This document shows, in pieces, positions 47,969-62,432 of a DNA stretch of 64,000 nucleotides; within the stretch, counting starts at the first letter, position 1; each line of letters begins with the position of its first letter. A program made the position numbers and the translations under genes. Below the pieces are notes generated by a model. It saw only the letters and a list, made by a program, of their open reading frames with translations, made no database searches and was not told the origin of the DNA. Source of the DNA: Octopus vulgaris (lineage: Eukaryota); contig OX597835.1 in NCBI GenBank assembly GCA_951406725.2, positions 22,630,001-22,694,000 on the forward strand, in the 5' to 3' direction.

Positions 47969-49054
47969 TAATAATAATTCTTGTATATTCCATCTTCTGT
48001 ACTTCATTTGCTATATATATATATATATATATCATCATCGTTTAACGTCCATTTTCCATGCTAGCACGGGATGGACGGTTCGACCGAAGTCTGGGAAACC
48101 AGGAGGCTGCACCCGGCTCCAGTCTGATCTAGCAGTGTTTCTACAGCCTGGATGCCCTTCCTAATGCCAACTACTCTCTGAGTGTAGTGTGAGCTTTTTA
48201 TGTGCCACTGGCACAGGTGCCGGAGGAGGCTGACAAACAGCCACATATATATTAAGTCTTATTGAAGCACTGTTCCACAGCTGGATTCCGTTTTTGTCAT
48301 CAAGCCTTGAGTTTCAAGTGCAGTATTTTTCATTCCATTAGTCTTTATGAATCGAAATATGTGAAACTGCTAAGTTATATAAGGATATATTATTCACAGA
48401 AGATGCAAATAATCAACACCATTTTTGCTGATGCATGTGGATATTCTACCTTTCACTGTCTCTCTCTCTCTCTCTCTCTCTCTCATGCACATACATGTAT
48501 GTATATGTACGATGGCCTTCTGCACATTTTCTGTGAAATTTCATTCCCAAGTCATTGCTTAGTCCAGGGCTTTAATAAAAAGCACCGTTTCCAATGTTGC
48601 ATGCTGTGTGACCAAACCTTAAGCAACAAAGGTCAGAACCAAATTACATTACCAAATAACTATGCACGTGCATGCGCACACACACACACACACGCACGCA
48701 CGCAAACGCACACAAACATGCCTACATGCAAACACACACATATATACAATCATACATACATACATGCAAGCACACACACACACATCTACAAACATACCTA
48801 CATGCAAACACACACACAGTCATACATACATGGAAGCATGCACATACACACACAATACATATATGTAATCATACCTACATACAGGTAAACACACACATAT
48901 ATACAAACATAGATCCAAACATATAAATATATATATATACACATGCACACACCTACACCTATGCACACATATATACACAATCATACATAGAAGCGAAAAC
49001 ATACAATCATACACACACGCACAATACATATATGTACAATCATACATACATACA

Positions 49055-49108
<54 letters not shown>

Positions 49109-49350
49109 CAAGCATACATTGATCCAAACACACATATACACACACCTACACCTATGCACACATATATATACACAATCATACATAGAAACTAACACGCGCA
49201 TGCATACATAAAAATCTTCCTCCTTCTCTTCCTCCTCCTCTTCCGCCTCCTCCTCCTCCTCCTTCCTAAGAAAGAACTCCTGAACTGCTGCCGTATGAAT
49301 GGTTTTTGCCATGCCTCCAGTAAATATATTCTTGTTTCCTTCTACTTCAG

Positions 49351-49428
49351 GCAATTATCCAGAAGCAGAACCAAATCACTGACAAAAACTCACCCGACAA
49401 AGAAGTAAAAAACATTAATAAGCAATTG
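49351..49428 (+). CDS. SMG7: SMG7 exon (probable): AIIQKQNQITDKNSPDKEVKNINKQL
   Basis: ttcag/gtaaat; open 78-nt phase 0/0 exon in non-repetitive sequence; no homology support recognised. Confidence 0.75.
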
Positions 49429-49639
49429 GTAAATATCCTCACACACACACACACACACACACAGAGACACACATGCATGTCTACCAAGTCCCATGTGCAA
49501 TGTAATGGTAATGGTCGTTTGAAGCCTAAATTAATAGACAAGTCCTAAGACGAACTGCCTTGCAATTTTGCACTTGGATCAAGTATGGAATCGTGCAGAT
49601 ACAAAGCCACTTTCTGCTAATGACACGGTCATATATATA

Positions 49640-49921
49640 TATATCACGTGATCATGTGACCGACCAGACCATCAGATGTTGTTACACATCGCTGGTCACA
49701 ATGCGTTTGCATTGTTTTAGCCTTCGAATGACGCCACCCGGCTGGCTAAGCGAGCAGGCCAATAGAAGAAAGAGTGGTGAAAGAGTACAGCAGGGATCAC
49801 CACCCCCTGCGAAGCCTCGTGGAGCTTTAAGGTGTTTTCGCTCAATAAACAATGGGAATCGAAACCGGGATCCTACGACCACGAGTCCACTGCCCTAACC
49901 ACTGGGCCATTGCGCCTCCAC
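49640..49921 (-). mobile_element. tRNA-derived SINE, further family, between (TA)n tracts
   Basis: minus-strand head ggaggcgcaaTGGCCCAGTGGttagggc...GGTTTCGATTCCC (A and B boxes). Confidence 0.7.
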
Positions 49922-49956
<35 letters not shown>

Positions 49957-50216
49957 AAATAAAATCACCATCATTTAATGTCCATTTTCCATGCTGGCAT
50001 GCGGTTGGACTGTTTGACCAGAGCTTGCAAGCAGGAGAGTTGCACCAGATTCCACTCTGATTTGGCATGGTTTCTATGGCTGGATGCCCTTCCTGATACC
50101 AACCACTTTACAGAGTGAGCTGGATGCTTTTTACGTGGCACCAACACAGTGCTCTTGCAAGCCAATCCTCTTCAGCAGTGGAGAGTGGCATTAAAACTTC
50201 TGCTGTGGAGGACACC

Positions 50217-50252
<36 letters not shown>

Positions 50253-52484
50253 TCATCATCATCATTTAGCGTCCGCTTTCCATGCTAGCATGGGTTGGAC
50301 GGTTCAACTGGGGTCTGTGAAGCCGGAAGGCTTCATCAGGCCCAGTCAGATCTGGCAGAGTTTCTACGGCTGGATGCCCTTCCTAACGCCAACCACTCCG
50401 TGAGTGTAGTGGGTGCTTTTTATGTGCCACCCGCACAGGTGCCAGACAGAGCTGGCAAACGGCCACGAACGGATGGTGCTTTTACGTGCCACCAGCACGG
50501 GGGCTAGGCGAGGCTGGCAACGGACACAAACGGATGGTGCTTTCACGTGCCACAGGCACGGGGGCCAGGCGAGGCTACATACATATATATATCATCATCA
50601 TCATCATCTCTTAACATCTACTTTCCATGCTAGCATGGGTTGGACGATTTGACTGAGGTCTGGCGAACCAGACTCCAGTCTGATCTGGCAGAGTTTCTAC
50701 ATCTGGATGCCCTTCCTAACGCCAACCATTCCGAGAGTGTAGTGGGTGCTTTTACGTGCCACCGGCACAAAGGCCAGTTTGGTGGTACTCGCAACGGCCA
50801 TGCCCAAATGGTGCTTTTTATGTGCCACCTGCACAGGAGCCAGTCCAGCGGCACTGGTGATGACCTGGCTCGAATGTTTCACAAGTGCTAGTAAGGCGAC
50901 GCAATAATATATATATATAACATTGTCCTCATTTAACATCTGTCTTCTATGCATGCATGGGTAGGATTGTTGACAGGAGCCAGCCAGGTTGAAGACTACC
51001 CCAGGCAACTGTGTCTGTTTTGGCAAGGTTTTTACAGCGGGATGCCCTTTCTAAGATCCACTCTGCAGAGTGGACCCAGTGCTTTGTATGTGGCACTAGC
51101 ACAGGCGAGGTTAGTTTTGGCATGATTTTAACAGCTGGATGCCCTTCCAAATGCCAACCACTTTACAGTGTGGGCTGGATGCTTTTTATATGGCACCAGC
51201 ACTTGCAGGGTCACCATGTAACTTGCAAAAGAAGGAATTTTGAGTGGGGAACTTGTGTCAGAGGATGAAAGGTTAGAGTGTGACAGAGGCAGAAACCGAG
51301 AGGGCATCGAGGAGGTGATTGGTGTGTCAGATGTTGAAAAGTTAGAGCGTGACAGAAAATAGAGAGGCAGAAACAGGAGGTACATGGTTACCCAGCAAGA
51401 GGGAGAGAGGTACAAGAAAGCAGACAGAAAAAAGAGATAAGATGACATTTATAAATCCAAGCCAATTCCTCAGTAGATACTAGTATCTTGCAGATACTAG
51501 TTTACCTTAAAGAAAACAACCCAAACAAGCAGGAATTGCAGGGCTAATAAATTAATTACTGAATATGTGTATATATCTATATGTGTGTGTGTGTGAGAAT
51601 CCATGGCTGTATGATTAGGGTGTTGCCCTCACAATTGTGCATTGCGTTCTTGAGCAAAACGCTTCGTCTTGCCTTGCTCTGCGACAACTTTAGCACCTGA
51701 CATACTGCACAGTGTGCACTTGTGCAGGTAATGCCAGTTTTAGGGAAGAAGTGAGCTAATGCACAGCACTGTGCAGGTTGTTCAGCAAGAAAGTGCAGAG
51801 CCCCTGTCTGTTGTCTGTAACAGGAGATGCCACAATACACACTCACATATTTACATATATACACATGCATACGCACATATATATATATATATAAAATATG
51901 AATTAGAGATAAAACCACTATTATGCAACCCAAACAGTGATAGACATAAACCAATACATAAATAACATATATATATATATCATCATCATCATCGTTTAGT
52001 GTCCGTTTTCCATGCTAGCATGGATTGGACAGTTCAACTGGGGTCTGTGAAGCCAGAAGGCTTCATCAGGCCTAGTCAGATCTGGCAGTGTTTCTACGGC
52101 TGGATGCCCTTCCTAACGCCAACCACTCCGTGAGTGTAGTGGGTGCTTTTTACATGCCACCCGCACAGGTGCCAGACAGAGCTGGCAAACGGCCACGAAC
52201 GGATGGTGCTTTTTATGTGCCACCGGCACGGGGGCCAGGCGAGGCTGGCAACGGACACGAACGGATGGTGCTTTTTACATGCCACCGGCATGAGGCCAGT
52301 CGGGGCGGCGCTGGCAACGGTCACGAACGGATGGTTCTCTTACATGCCACCGGCACTGGTAACACATCTGCAATTTCCATTGATCGATTTCGATTCTGAT
52401 CCTCACTTGCCTCAACACGTCTTCACAAGTAGAGTTTTGTGTCCCAAGAAGGGAAGGTATGCATACGTAGGCTGGCTCCATCCC

Positions 52485-52526
<42 letters not shown>

Positions 52527-52884
52527 TACAGGCTTCTTTCAGTTTCCATCTACCAAATCCACTCACAAGGCTTTGGTCGGCCCAAGGCTATAGTAGAAGA
52601 CACTTGCCCAAGGTGCCACCAGTGAGACTGAACCTGGAACCATGTGGTTGGGTATCTCTTTTATCTTGTTTCAGTCATTAGATGGCAGGCCATGCTGGGG
52701 CACTGCTTTGAAGAATTTTAGTCAGTTGAAGTGGCTCCAGTATTTATTTTTTTAAAGCCTGGTACCTATTCTTTCAGTCTCTTTTGCCAAACTGCTAAGT
52801 TACAGGGATGTAAACACACCAACACGGGTTGTCAAGTGGTGGGGGCGGAGTGACAAACACATCACAAAGATGCACACATATAGG

Positions 52885-52923
<39 letters not shown>

Positions 52924-54334
52924 TTTCTTTCACTTTCTGTTTGTCAGATCCATTCACAAGGCTTTGGTTAGTCCAAGGCTATAGTATAAAGACACTTGCC
53001 CAAGGTGCCATGCAGTGGGACTGAGCCAGGAACCATTTGGTTGGAAAGTAAACCTCTAACCATACAGCCACACCTATGCCTGCTCCTAGGAAAATGTGCA
53101 AAAATTCTGTGCATGTGTGTGTGTGTGTGTGTGTGTGTTTTGGGTCTGAAAACTGGTGTTGTTTATATTTGTGTTGTTTTTTTTATGTCCTGTAACTTAG
53201 AAGTTTAACAAACAGGGTCTAATATATGCCAGTCTGAATATAAGTACTGGGGTTGTTAGTATCAGCTAAAATATAAAAGGGTGCAGTGTCCCACCACGAA
53301 TGAAATCCACTGATTGAAAGAACAAAAAAAAATCATAAACCAAAAAAAAAAAAAAGACACAGTATCATTATAGTTTCATGTGTTTTCTATGCTTGTATAC
53401 ACACAGCATCTCACCCACCCCCACCATCCCCTGTTGTGGCCCCTGCTTCATGAGACCAGTCCTCATTAATTTTACTTTCACTTTCGTGAGCTCCTTCCAC
53501 TCGGATCACTTCTTTGCACAACTGTCCTCCTCTTTCATGCACACCACATATCTGTGCCTGTCCCAAGTCTCCCCCCCTACATGCTATCTCCAGCTGATTG
53601 CCCTTATACTCACTTGTTCAGTCTCTCAACCCATTTGTGCTTCATCGTTCATGTATGTTAGAATTACTCATCTGTCAGAGCAAGTCTGCTTCGTTTCCTT
53701 CTAAACTTATCACACACACACACTTTTGCTTGCAGTTGTTCATCAAATTCAATAATGTCATTCTTTGTGGAGTCCTTTTAGTGATTGCGACCTATATTGA
53801 TTTCAAATTTTGGCACAAGGCCAGCAATTGTGCAGTGAGGGTGCAACTTGGTTACACTGACCCCAGCATTCCACTGGTACTTGTTACTCCAAATGAATAA
53901 AAGGCAAAGTCAACCTCGGAGGAATCTGGACTCAAAGCACAAAGATGGGCAAAATGCCTCTATGCATTTTGCCCACTGTGTTTACAGTTCTGCCAGTTCA
54001 GTGCTTTAACCCTTTAGTATTTAAACCGGTCATATCCGGCCAAAATAGCTAATCTGTTTTATGTTCAAACTGACCAGATCCAGGCTCTTACACCTACCCT
54101 ACAATGTTATTCTACATTAAGTAATTACACCATCAAGATCTTGAAGATATGAGATAATAAATCATGGTTAATTCAAATCAATGGGAATCAATAGGCATTA
54201 TGTTTGATAGAATAATCTAAAGGGTTAAAGGGATCAGCATACTACTACTAGTTTTCCTTTCTCGGGTTTTATTTACCATTTATTAAACATGTGTTGTTCT
54301 TGTTACAAACCAGAAGAGGGCCTCGGAGCGAGAC

Positions 54335-54668
54335 CCGACTTGGTAAACACCCACAAAGTTATCAACCACCTCACCAACAACAACACTGAACACTTTTTTG
54401 ATCTCCATGTGTCTAACACACATGGACATGCCTACAAAGTCAGAAAACAACACAGCTCCCATGACTTTCGGAAACATTTTTTCACTCTCAGAGTTGCTGA
54501 AGCATGGAATAAACTGCCTGCGTCAGTTGTTGACTGCCATGACACTGCATCCTTTAAGGCCCTCATGCTTTCCGAAATCCGCCAAAACTACACCTGATTA
54601 TATATACACTTTAGATGAGTTGTAGTGCACCTGAGCACTGTACACAATTATTATTATTATTATTATAA
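54335..54668 (+). mobile_element. CR1-type LINE 3' fragment (second subfamily)
   Basis: HGHAYKVRKQHSSHDFRKHFFTLRVAEAWNKLP; (ATT)n tail. Confidence 0.85.
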
Positions 54669-56626
54669 TAGTACAACTAGCAATGGAAGCTACTTAGTTT
54701 CATTAATTCTTCCTGATTTTGACACAAGGTCAGCAATTTTGGGAGGAGTTGGGAATGATTACATTGGCCCCCAAAAGGATGAAAAACAAAATTGACCTTC
54801 GTAGCATTTGAACTTGCAACGTAAAACCAGAAGAGATGCTGCTGGGCATTTTGCTTGGCATGCTCATCGAAATCGATCAACATTAATGGAAATTGTAACT
54901 GTGATACCAGTGCCGTAAGAGAACCATCCGAACGTGGCCGTTGCTAGCGCTGCCCCGACTGGCCTCCATGCCGGTGGCACGTAAAAAGCACTATCCGATC
55001 GTGGCTGTTGCCAGCCTCGCCTGGCCTCCGTGCCGGTGGCACGTAAAAAACACCATCCGATCGTGGCCGTTTGCCAGCCTCGTCTGACACCTGTGCAGGT
55101 GGCACGTAAAAAGCACCCACTACACTCACAGAGTGGTTGGCGTTAGGAAGGGCATCCAGCCGTAGAAACACTGCCAGATCAGACTGGGCCTGGTGCAGCC
55201 TTCTGGCTTCCCAGACCCCAGTTGAACTGTCCAACTCATGCTAGCATGGAAAGCGGACGTTAAAAGATGATGATGAATAACAACAGGTTATAGTTCATTG
55301 ATTGCATTGTGCAACATGATTTTTGTCCCTGGGTAGCAACTGTTATTTTCTATTTGCTTAACCCAAGAAAGTATGAAAAATACCTAAAACTTCCTTCAAA
55401 CTTTGCTTTTGTTACATTCAAACCCCAAAGAATCCCTTTCAATACATGACTATAATGCTCCCCCACTCTCTTGCTCGTGATCAGAGATCATGAACATATT
55501 GTCAGCCACTAAGAGAAATTACTCAAGTGGTAAAGGCCAGGCAACTGACAAGCAAATCTGTGGTATTGAGCAGAATAATGATATTTCTGAAATTCAGTAA
55601 CTCAGCACTGAATCTGTCTGAAATATAAGTTGTTGAGTGCATTCCCCCCCTCTGTTCTTTCAATCTTCCACATTTAAAGGGGGTTAAAATCATTCTTCTT
55701 CAGTGTGGCCTTTTGTTGGTCTGTCAACCAGCCATTTCCTTCATCCTCCAACCAAGCAATGGCCATGCTACAACTGCATCTGTTATTTATGATGGCTTTT
55801 TACATGAAGAAAGTGCCAAAGCTGATGTCAACATGTTGAGCCAATCTGTAGTGCAATAGTTAAACATGGTGCTGCATGAGATAAGATAGAGGCTAATGGT
55901 TTAATTCTTAAGTGTCTAAACTGGCCATAACTTGCCAAAATATTCTATGTCTTTTATGCTTAACCCTTTCGTTACCGTATTTATTTTGAGATGCTCTGTG
56001 TTTCTTTCCATTAATTTTAAATATAACAAAGAATTTAGTAAAATAACTTAATTACCATTAAGCTAGTGTTATGAACATAAATTGTGACTAAGGTTTGGTG
56101 AAAGATTTTAATTCAAAAATTAAGAAAACAAGGCATTTGTACTACAGAGCCAGAGGCGGTTTCGGCCAGGTTGGTAATGAAAGGGTTATGCATGTCCCAA
56201 TCTCACACCTACTCTATAATGGCATTCTAAAAATACACAATCACATCATTGAAATCTCAATGCTGCAACATAAATGCATGATTAATTCAAAACAATGTGA
56301 ATAAATAAGTATTATATTTGTTCAAAGTATGGATGTTAAAAGGGTTAAACATATTTTCTCGTGATAGAACATGGTACCACATGATAGAATGTAGTGCTAC
56401 ATGTTAGGGCATGTGGTTTACTGTCTGTTTTGTAATAGAACTTGATTTCATGGTTCAGTATGTTAGATCAATCTGGTTTAATGGTTAAATATGGCAATAT
56501 ATGACAGAAAAGGGATTATGAGATAATAATATTGTTACATGATAGAATGTGCAACTTACCTATTAAATCTGGTGCTATATGAGATGTGATTTAATGGTGT
56601 CTCTTTGGTTTTCTCTTCAATTTCAG

Positions 56627-57934
56627 ATGAAAATTCCAACCGATAACCAGAGCAAAGTGTGCAACATAAACCCTCACCGTTACTTACTTGGTGTTCCGAC
56701 TACCGATCCCCAGTTCATGAAACCTGGTGGCAACCGCCCAGTCTCCATAGCTCCCACGCCGCAGTCTGTAAGCAAAGCCAATGTTGCCCCACACCCGACA
56801 GCTCCCTCCCCTCTACCTCTGGACCTTCTGCCCCCATCTCCCACCCCGAACAGCGTCAACACGAACCAGTTTTCCTCATCACTTCAGTATAGAGGCCCGA
56901 GTCCATCATTTCCTTCCCACATCGCTTTGTCTTCGGCAAACGTTCGGCTACAGCAACAGCAGCAACTGCAGCAGCAGCAACAGCAGCAACAACAGCAGCA
57001 GCAGCAACTGCATTCTCAACAAGCTCCGCAGCAATCCTACCCTTCCGTCAACCAGACTCAGTTTCCGAGAAGAGGTCCTTTCCTGCCACATCAAACAACC
57101 CAACCGCCTCAAATGCAAAGCGGGTTGAACGAACGCTACCCTGGCACCACCAGTCACCTGAACCGCATTGCTCTCACTGCCGGAGCACATTTACCCGCGC
57201 AATCGCAGCCCCCTGATAACTCACCGTACTCGAATGCAACCGTGGTCAACTCGACCGCCCCGAACCCCTATTCAACCGCAGGCATAGTCAGAGCTCCACA
57301 GCCAGGTCCACCCCCGCCTCCACCCCAACAGACCCCTCTCTCTTCTAATGTTCAGTCAACTGCTGTCACTGGTCCAGCCCAAGTCCCCACACTGGCACAG
57401 AACTTCCCTTCCTCTCAGTCATTCTTGCCGCCATCATCAAAGTTCCCTGCTGCAGTTCCCACTCAGTCTGCAAACAGTGGGGGACCCTTGAGTAATCACC
57501 AGTTCCTGAATTTTACAAACCAACCTTCTCCACCTGGGCCGCCTGCTCCTCCTCACTACCCACAGGCTTTCGGCCCTTCGGCTGGCGAAACCCTGAAAGG
57601 GCAGAAGTCGTCTAGCAGTATGCAATGCCAGAAGTCGACGCCATCACCCATTGGGGGTCCATTGAGTGGACCTCAACAGAACCCTTCTCCACAGCAGCAG
57701 CAAGGTTTGGGGCAACCAGCAGCAGCATCAGCAGTAGCACAGAGTCAAGTGCACCCAGACACTCTAAACAAGTCATTGCTGAACTCATTGTCACAAAGTT
57801 TAGCCCTATCTCTAGCTGAGGGTTGTTCTCCCACTGAGGACATGGAACATAGCGAGCTTCAACAACCGTGTGATGACTTCACTACTGATCCTTCAGACAT
57901 CTTGGGTGGTTTCTCTCATTTAGTTGCTATTCAG
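56627..57934 (+). CDS. SMG7: SMG7 large exon: Pro/Gln/Ser-rich disordered region with a polyQ tract (436 codons)
   Basis: tttcag acceptor, gttagt donor; GC-richer coding-like sequence open for 1308 nt; phase 0/0; fits the SMG7 proline-rich C-terminal region. Confidence 0.9.
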
Positions 57935-57974
57935 GTTAGTTTTAACCAGTTCTTATCTATCTCTGTCTGTTTGC

Positions 57975-58345
57975 CTTTTTCTCTCTGTCTATCAATCTAT
58001 CTACCTATCTATCTACCTACCTGTCTGTCTATTTACCTATCTGTCTATTTACCTATCTGTCTATTTACCTATCTGTCTATTTACCTATCTGTCTATTTAC
58101 CTATCTGTCTATCTACCTATCTATCTACCTACCTATTTGTCTATAAACCTATCGGTCTATCTACCTATCTATCTATCTATCTATCTTTCTGTGTCTCTAT
58201 CTATCTATCTACCTACCTATCTGTCTATTTACCTATCTGTCTATTTACCTATCTGTCTATCTACCTATCGGTCTATCTACCTATCGGTCTACCTACCTAT
58301 CTATCTATCTTTCTGTATCTATCTATCTATCTATCTATCTATCTG

Positions 58346-58393
<48 letters not shown>

Positions 58394-58450
58394 CCTCTCT
58401 GTCTGTCTTTCTATCTATCTACCTACATACACCTACTTCTCTATCTATCA
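57975..58450. repeat. (TATC/TACC/TGTC)n compound tetranucleotide satellite
   Basis: direct reading. Confidence 0.95.
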
Positions 58451-59219
58451 TTCATTTGCTCTGTCTATCTGTCTGTCCTTCACATCTGCGCTCTCACTCT
58501 TTTTTTCTGTCTCTCTCCTCCTCCTCCTTTCTTGTTATCTGTCTGTCTATCTACTGCTGTCTTATTCACAATGTGTCTGCCTTGTTTATCTTCCCTTAGT
58601 GAGCTCTCCCCACTCTTTCCTCATTTTGTTTATGACCATATCTAGCCATAAAGATGTGTAATTGAACTATAAAGACATGATCCACTTTACATCCAAAATT
58701 GTGTGGCTTAGCTCACTTCCAAACCACATGGTTCTGCGTTCAGTCCCACTGCAAGGCACTTTGAGCAAGTGTCTTCTACTATAACCCTGAGCCAACCCAA
58801 AGCCTTGTGAGTGGATTTGGTGGATGGAAACTGAAAGAAGCCCATCATACATACACGTCTCCTTGTCTTGTCGCCACATGGTTGTTGTAAACAAGTGTCA
58901 CCATCTTGCAGGCAGTGTCCTTTGTTTCCAGTCTTCCCTGAAAACATGTCCGACCATGAAGGACATAGGTGAGGATTGGTGACAGGAAGGGCATCCACCC
59001 ATAGAAAATATGCCGCAACAAGTTAAGCGTTTAAGAGTGGATGTTAAAATGATGGCAATGAAATGCTTGTCTCCAATGATTAGCCACTCCTTAAATGCCC
59101 TTCCCTTCAAAAAAATATTGATAAATAAAAATAGGTTTAAAACTTTATTAAGAAAATTTTTTTATATAATCTAAATTAATTCTGTATAACTAATTTCTGT
59201 GTATTTTTCTCATTTGTAG

Positions 59220-59282
59220 CCACCTAAACCCAGCCAGCTTGATTTTCTAGCTTCTTCGAAACCCTTCCAAGGACACGCTGAA
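59220..59282 (+). CDS. SMG7: SMG7 exon (probable): PPKPSQLDFLASSKPFQGHAE
   Basis: tgtag/gtaagt; open, phase 0/0. Confidence 0.78.
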
Positions 59283-60071
59283 GTAAGTGGAAACTCACCT
59301 AAATATGAATGTTTTATGCTCAGCCCTTTAGCATTTAATCTGTCCATATCCAGCCCAAATAGTCTACCTATTTTATGCTCATACTGGTCAGATCTAGCAT
59401 CATCATCATTGTTTAACATCCGTTTTCCATGCTAGCACGAGTTGGACGGTTTGACCAGGGTCTGGGAAGCCAGGAGGCTGCACCAGGCTCCAGTCTGATC
59501 TGGCAATGTTTCTACAGCTGGATGCCCTTCCTAACGCCAACCACTCCGTCAGTGTAGTGGGTGCTTTTTTACTGTGCCAGGGGAGGCTGGCAGCAACCAC
59601 GATTGGTTGGTGCTTTCACACATATCCTACAATGTCATTCTAAAAACAAGCAATCACATCCAAATCTTGAAGCTACAAGATAATGCATTGTCTATTCAAA
59701 ACAATGTAAATAAGTAAGCATTACATTTGACAGTCATCTAAATGCTAACGGGTGAACCCTCTCAGACCTGGGCCCCCTGTGTCTAACTTTAAACTCCACC
59801 TAGGCTCCTAAGCAAAAAAATAGTTTCATATACAGCACAAGAGTAATGATTGCAGGTAAATGAACAAAAAAAAATATTCAGATATTGTAGGGCTGTGTGT
59901 AGGTAGGGAACCAGGATCTCCCCACACACTGACCGACTGTTTGTTGTATAGCAACATAGTTAAGTGATTTGGACTGACTGGGAAGTAAGGAATCCAGTGT
60001 GGTCACATGAGAGGACGTGCAATATCCTCTTGAGTGGCAGATTTTCTATAAATCTATAGCTGAAACGACCA

Positions 60072-60237
60072 AGGCGCAGGAGTGGCTGTGTGGTAAGTAG
60101 CTTGTTTACCAACCACATGGTTCCAGGTTCAGTCCCACTGTGTGGCACCTTGGGCAAGTGTCTTCTACTATAGCCTCGGGCCGACCAAAGCCTTGTGAGT
60201 GGATTTGGTAGACGGAAACTGAAAGAAGCCCGTCGTA

Positions 60238-60280
<43 letters not shown>

Positions 60281-60500
60281 TTGTGTGTCTGTGTTTGTCC
60301 CCCTAGCATTGCTTGACAACCGATGCTGGTGTATTTATGTCCCCCGTTACTTAGCGGTTCGGCAAAAGAGACCGATAGAATAAGTACTGGGCTTACAAAA
60401 AGAATAAGTCCCGGGGTCGAGTTGCTCGACTGAAGGCGGTGCTCCAGCATGGCCGCAGTCAAATGACTGGAACAAGTAAAAGAAAGAGAAAGAGAAAAAG
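60072..60500 (+). mobile_element. SINE family A
   Basis: full-length copy. Confidence 0.9.
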
Positions 60501-60703
60501 AGAAAGGTGTGTGTTTGTAGTCAGAGGTGTGGTGAGAGGTAGGGTGGCAAGAAAAGTGTTGATTTCTATGTCTTCAGGATTGCTAATTATCAGCAAGGTA
60601 CTAGGTTGGGTTAGGTAAGCCATCATCATCATCATCATAACTAATTACTATAAGTATCATCACTGTCTCTTATTAATCGTCTTTTATTTTCTGATTTTAT
60701 TAG

Positions 60704-60747
60704 GGAGTTCCAAAACCTGACAGTCCCTTAGCAGCATCAGAGAAAAG
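60704..60747 (+). CDS. SMG7: SMG7 exon (probable): GVPKPDSPLAASEK
   Basis: attag/gtgagt; supplies the phase 0 to 2 change needed for the next exon. Confidence 0.78.
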
Positions 60748-61054
60748 GTGAGTAGTGTGCATGCGCACTCTTTTTTCTCCTACCCCCCCCCCCCTGCCTA
60801 CACCCATTCAGTCCGGACACACCTGTAACACTATCCCAACAACACACACACTTACACCCTCTCCCTCTCCACACACACTTTATTCAGACACACCTGCAAC
60901 ACCATCTTGGGTACATGTGCAGACACACACACACACACACACACTGTCTCTTCTTTCTTTCTCCCTCTTTCTTTTTCTCTCTGTCTCTCCTCCATTCAGT
61001 CCAGACACATCTACAACACCATTTCAAGTATACATACATACTCACCCCCCCCCC

Positions 61055-61165
61055 CACACTCACACACCAACACACTCACACAAACACTCACACATACACA
61101 CACTCACACAAACACACTCACACACAAACACACTCACACACAAACACACTCACACACTCACACAC

Positions 61166-61240
<75 letters not shown>

Positions 61241-61735
61241 ACACACAAACACACTCACACACAAACACACTCACACACACAAACTCACACACACACACAC
61301 TCACACAAACACACTCACACTCACACAAACACACTCACACAAACACACTCACACAAACACACTCACACAAACACAAACACACAAACACACAAACACACTC
61401 ACACAAACACACTCACACAAACACACACACACACAAACACACTCACACAAACACACACACACAAACACACTCACACAAACACACTCACACAAACACACTC
61501 ACACAAACACTCACACAAACACACTCACACAAACACACTCACACAAACACACTCACACACACACACTCACACAAACACACTCACACAAACACACTCACAC
61601 AAACACACTCACACAAACACACTCACACAAACACACTCACACAAACACACTCACACAAACACACACACACACACTCACACACACACACAAACAAACACAC
61701 ACACACTCACACAAACACACTCACACACACACACA
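61055..61735. repeat. (CA)n / cacaaacacact compound microsatellite
   Basis: direct reading. Confidence 0.95.
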
Positions 61736-62067
61736 GAGTCTCTCCTTGTTTTTTTTTTCCCCTTCCTTCTCCCACTCTTGTTCATTTCAGACACACGTAC
61801 AACACCATACCAACAACCAACAATGTTTTTTTCTCACACCCGGCCACAGAAATGCACCCACCCCCCACCAAGAAAGCAATCATGTCATCCGTTGTTGCAT
61901 TCATCCCAAACACTGCGCCGACTGAGATGCACAATGGGTGCAGAATGACAGCAACTCTCATGCTCTGACAATCTCCACTTGACCCACCTCTCTTACGGTT
62001 TTCACTTAAACCTTCTGACATACAGACTCTGACACCACACTCTACCATTCCATCTGATTGATCCCTA

Positions 62068-62432
62068 AATAATAATAATAATAATTGTGTACAGTGCTCA
62101 GGTGCACTACAACTCATCTAAAGTGTATATATAATCAGGTGTAGTTTCGGCGGATTTCGGAAAGCATGAGGGCCTTAAAGGATGCAGTGTCATGGCAGTC
62201 AACAACTGACGCAGGCAGTTTATTCCATGCTTCAGCAACTCTGAGCGTGAAAAAATGTTTCCGAAAGTCATGGGAGCTGTGTTGTTTTCTGACTTTGTAG
62301 GTATGTCCACGTGTGTTAGATCAAAAAGGTGTTCAGTGTTGTTGTTGGTGAGGTGGTTGATAACTTTGTGGGTGTTTACCAAGTCCGTCGCCAGACGCCG
62401 GAGCTTCAGTGAATCCATGCCCAGGGAAACAA
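62068..62432 (-). mobile_element. CR1-type LINE 3' fragment (second subfamily)
   Basis: reverse copy closely similar to 54335-54668. Confidence 0.85.

Noticed and set aside
49850-49921. Possible tRNA gene on the - strand
   Set aside because: Has A/B boxes but no proper acceptor stem or terminator, and runs into a repeat body; it is a SINE head
57935-58645. Hydrophobic C-terminal part of the 688-aa ORF (YLSIYLS repeats)
   Set aside because: Lies past the gttagt donor at 57935; it is the translation of a stop-free tetranucleotide satellite
60755-61968. Three 336-397 aa His/Thr-rich ORFs
   Set aside because: Translations of (CA)n repeats
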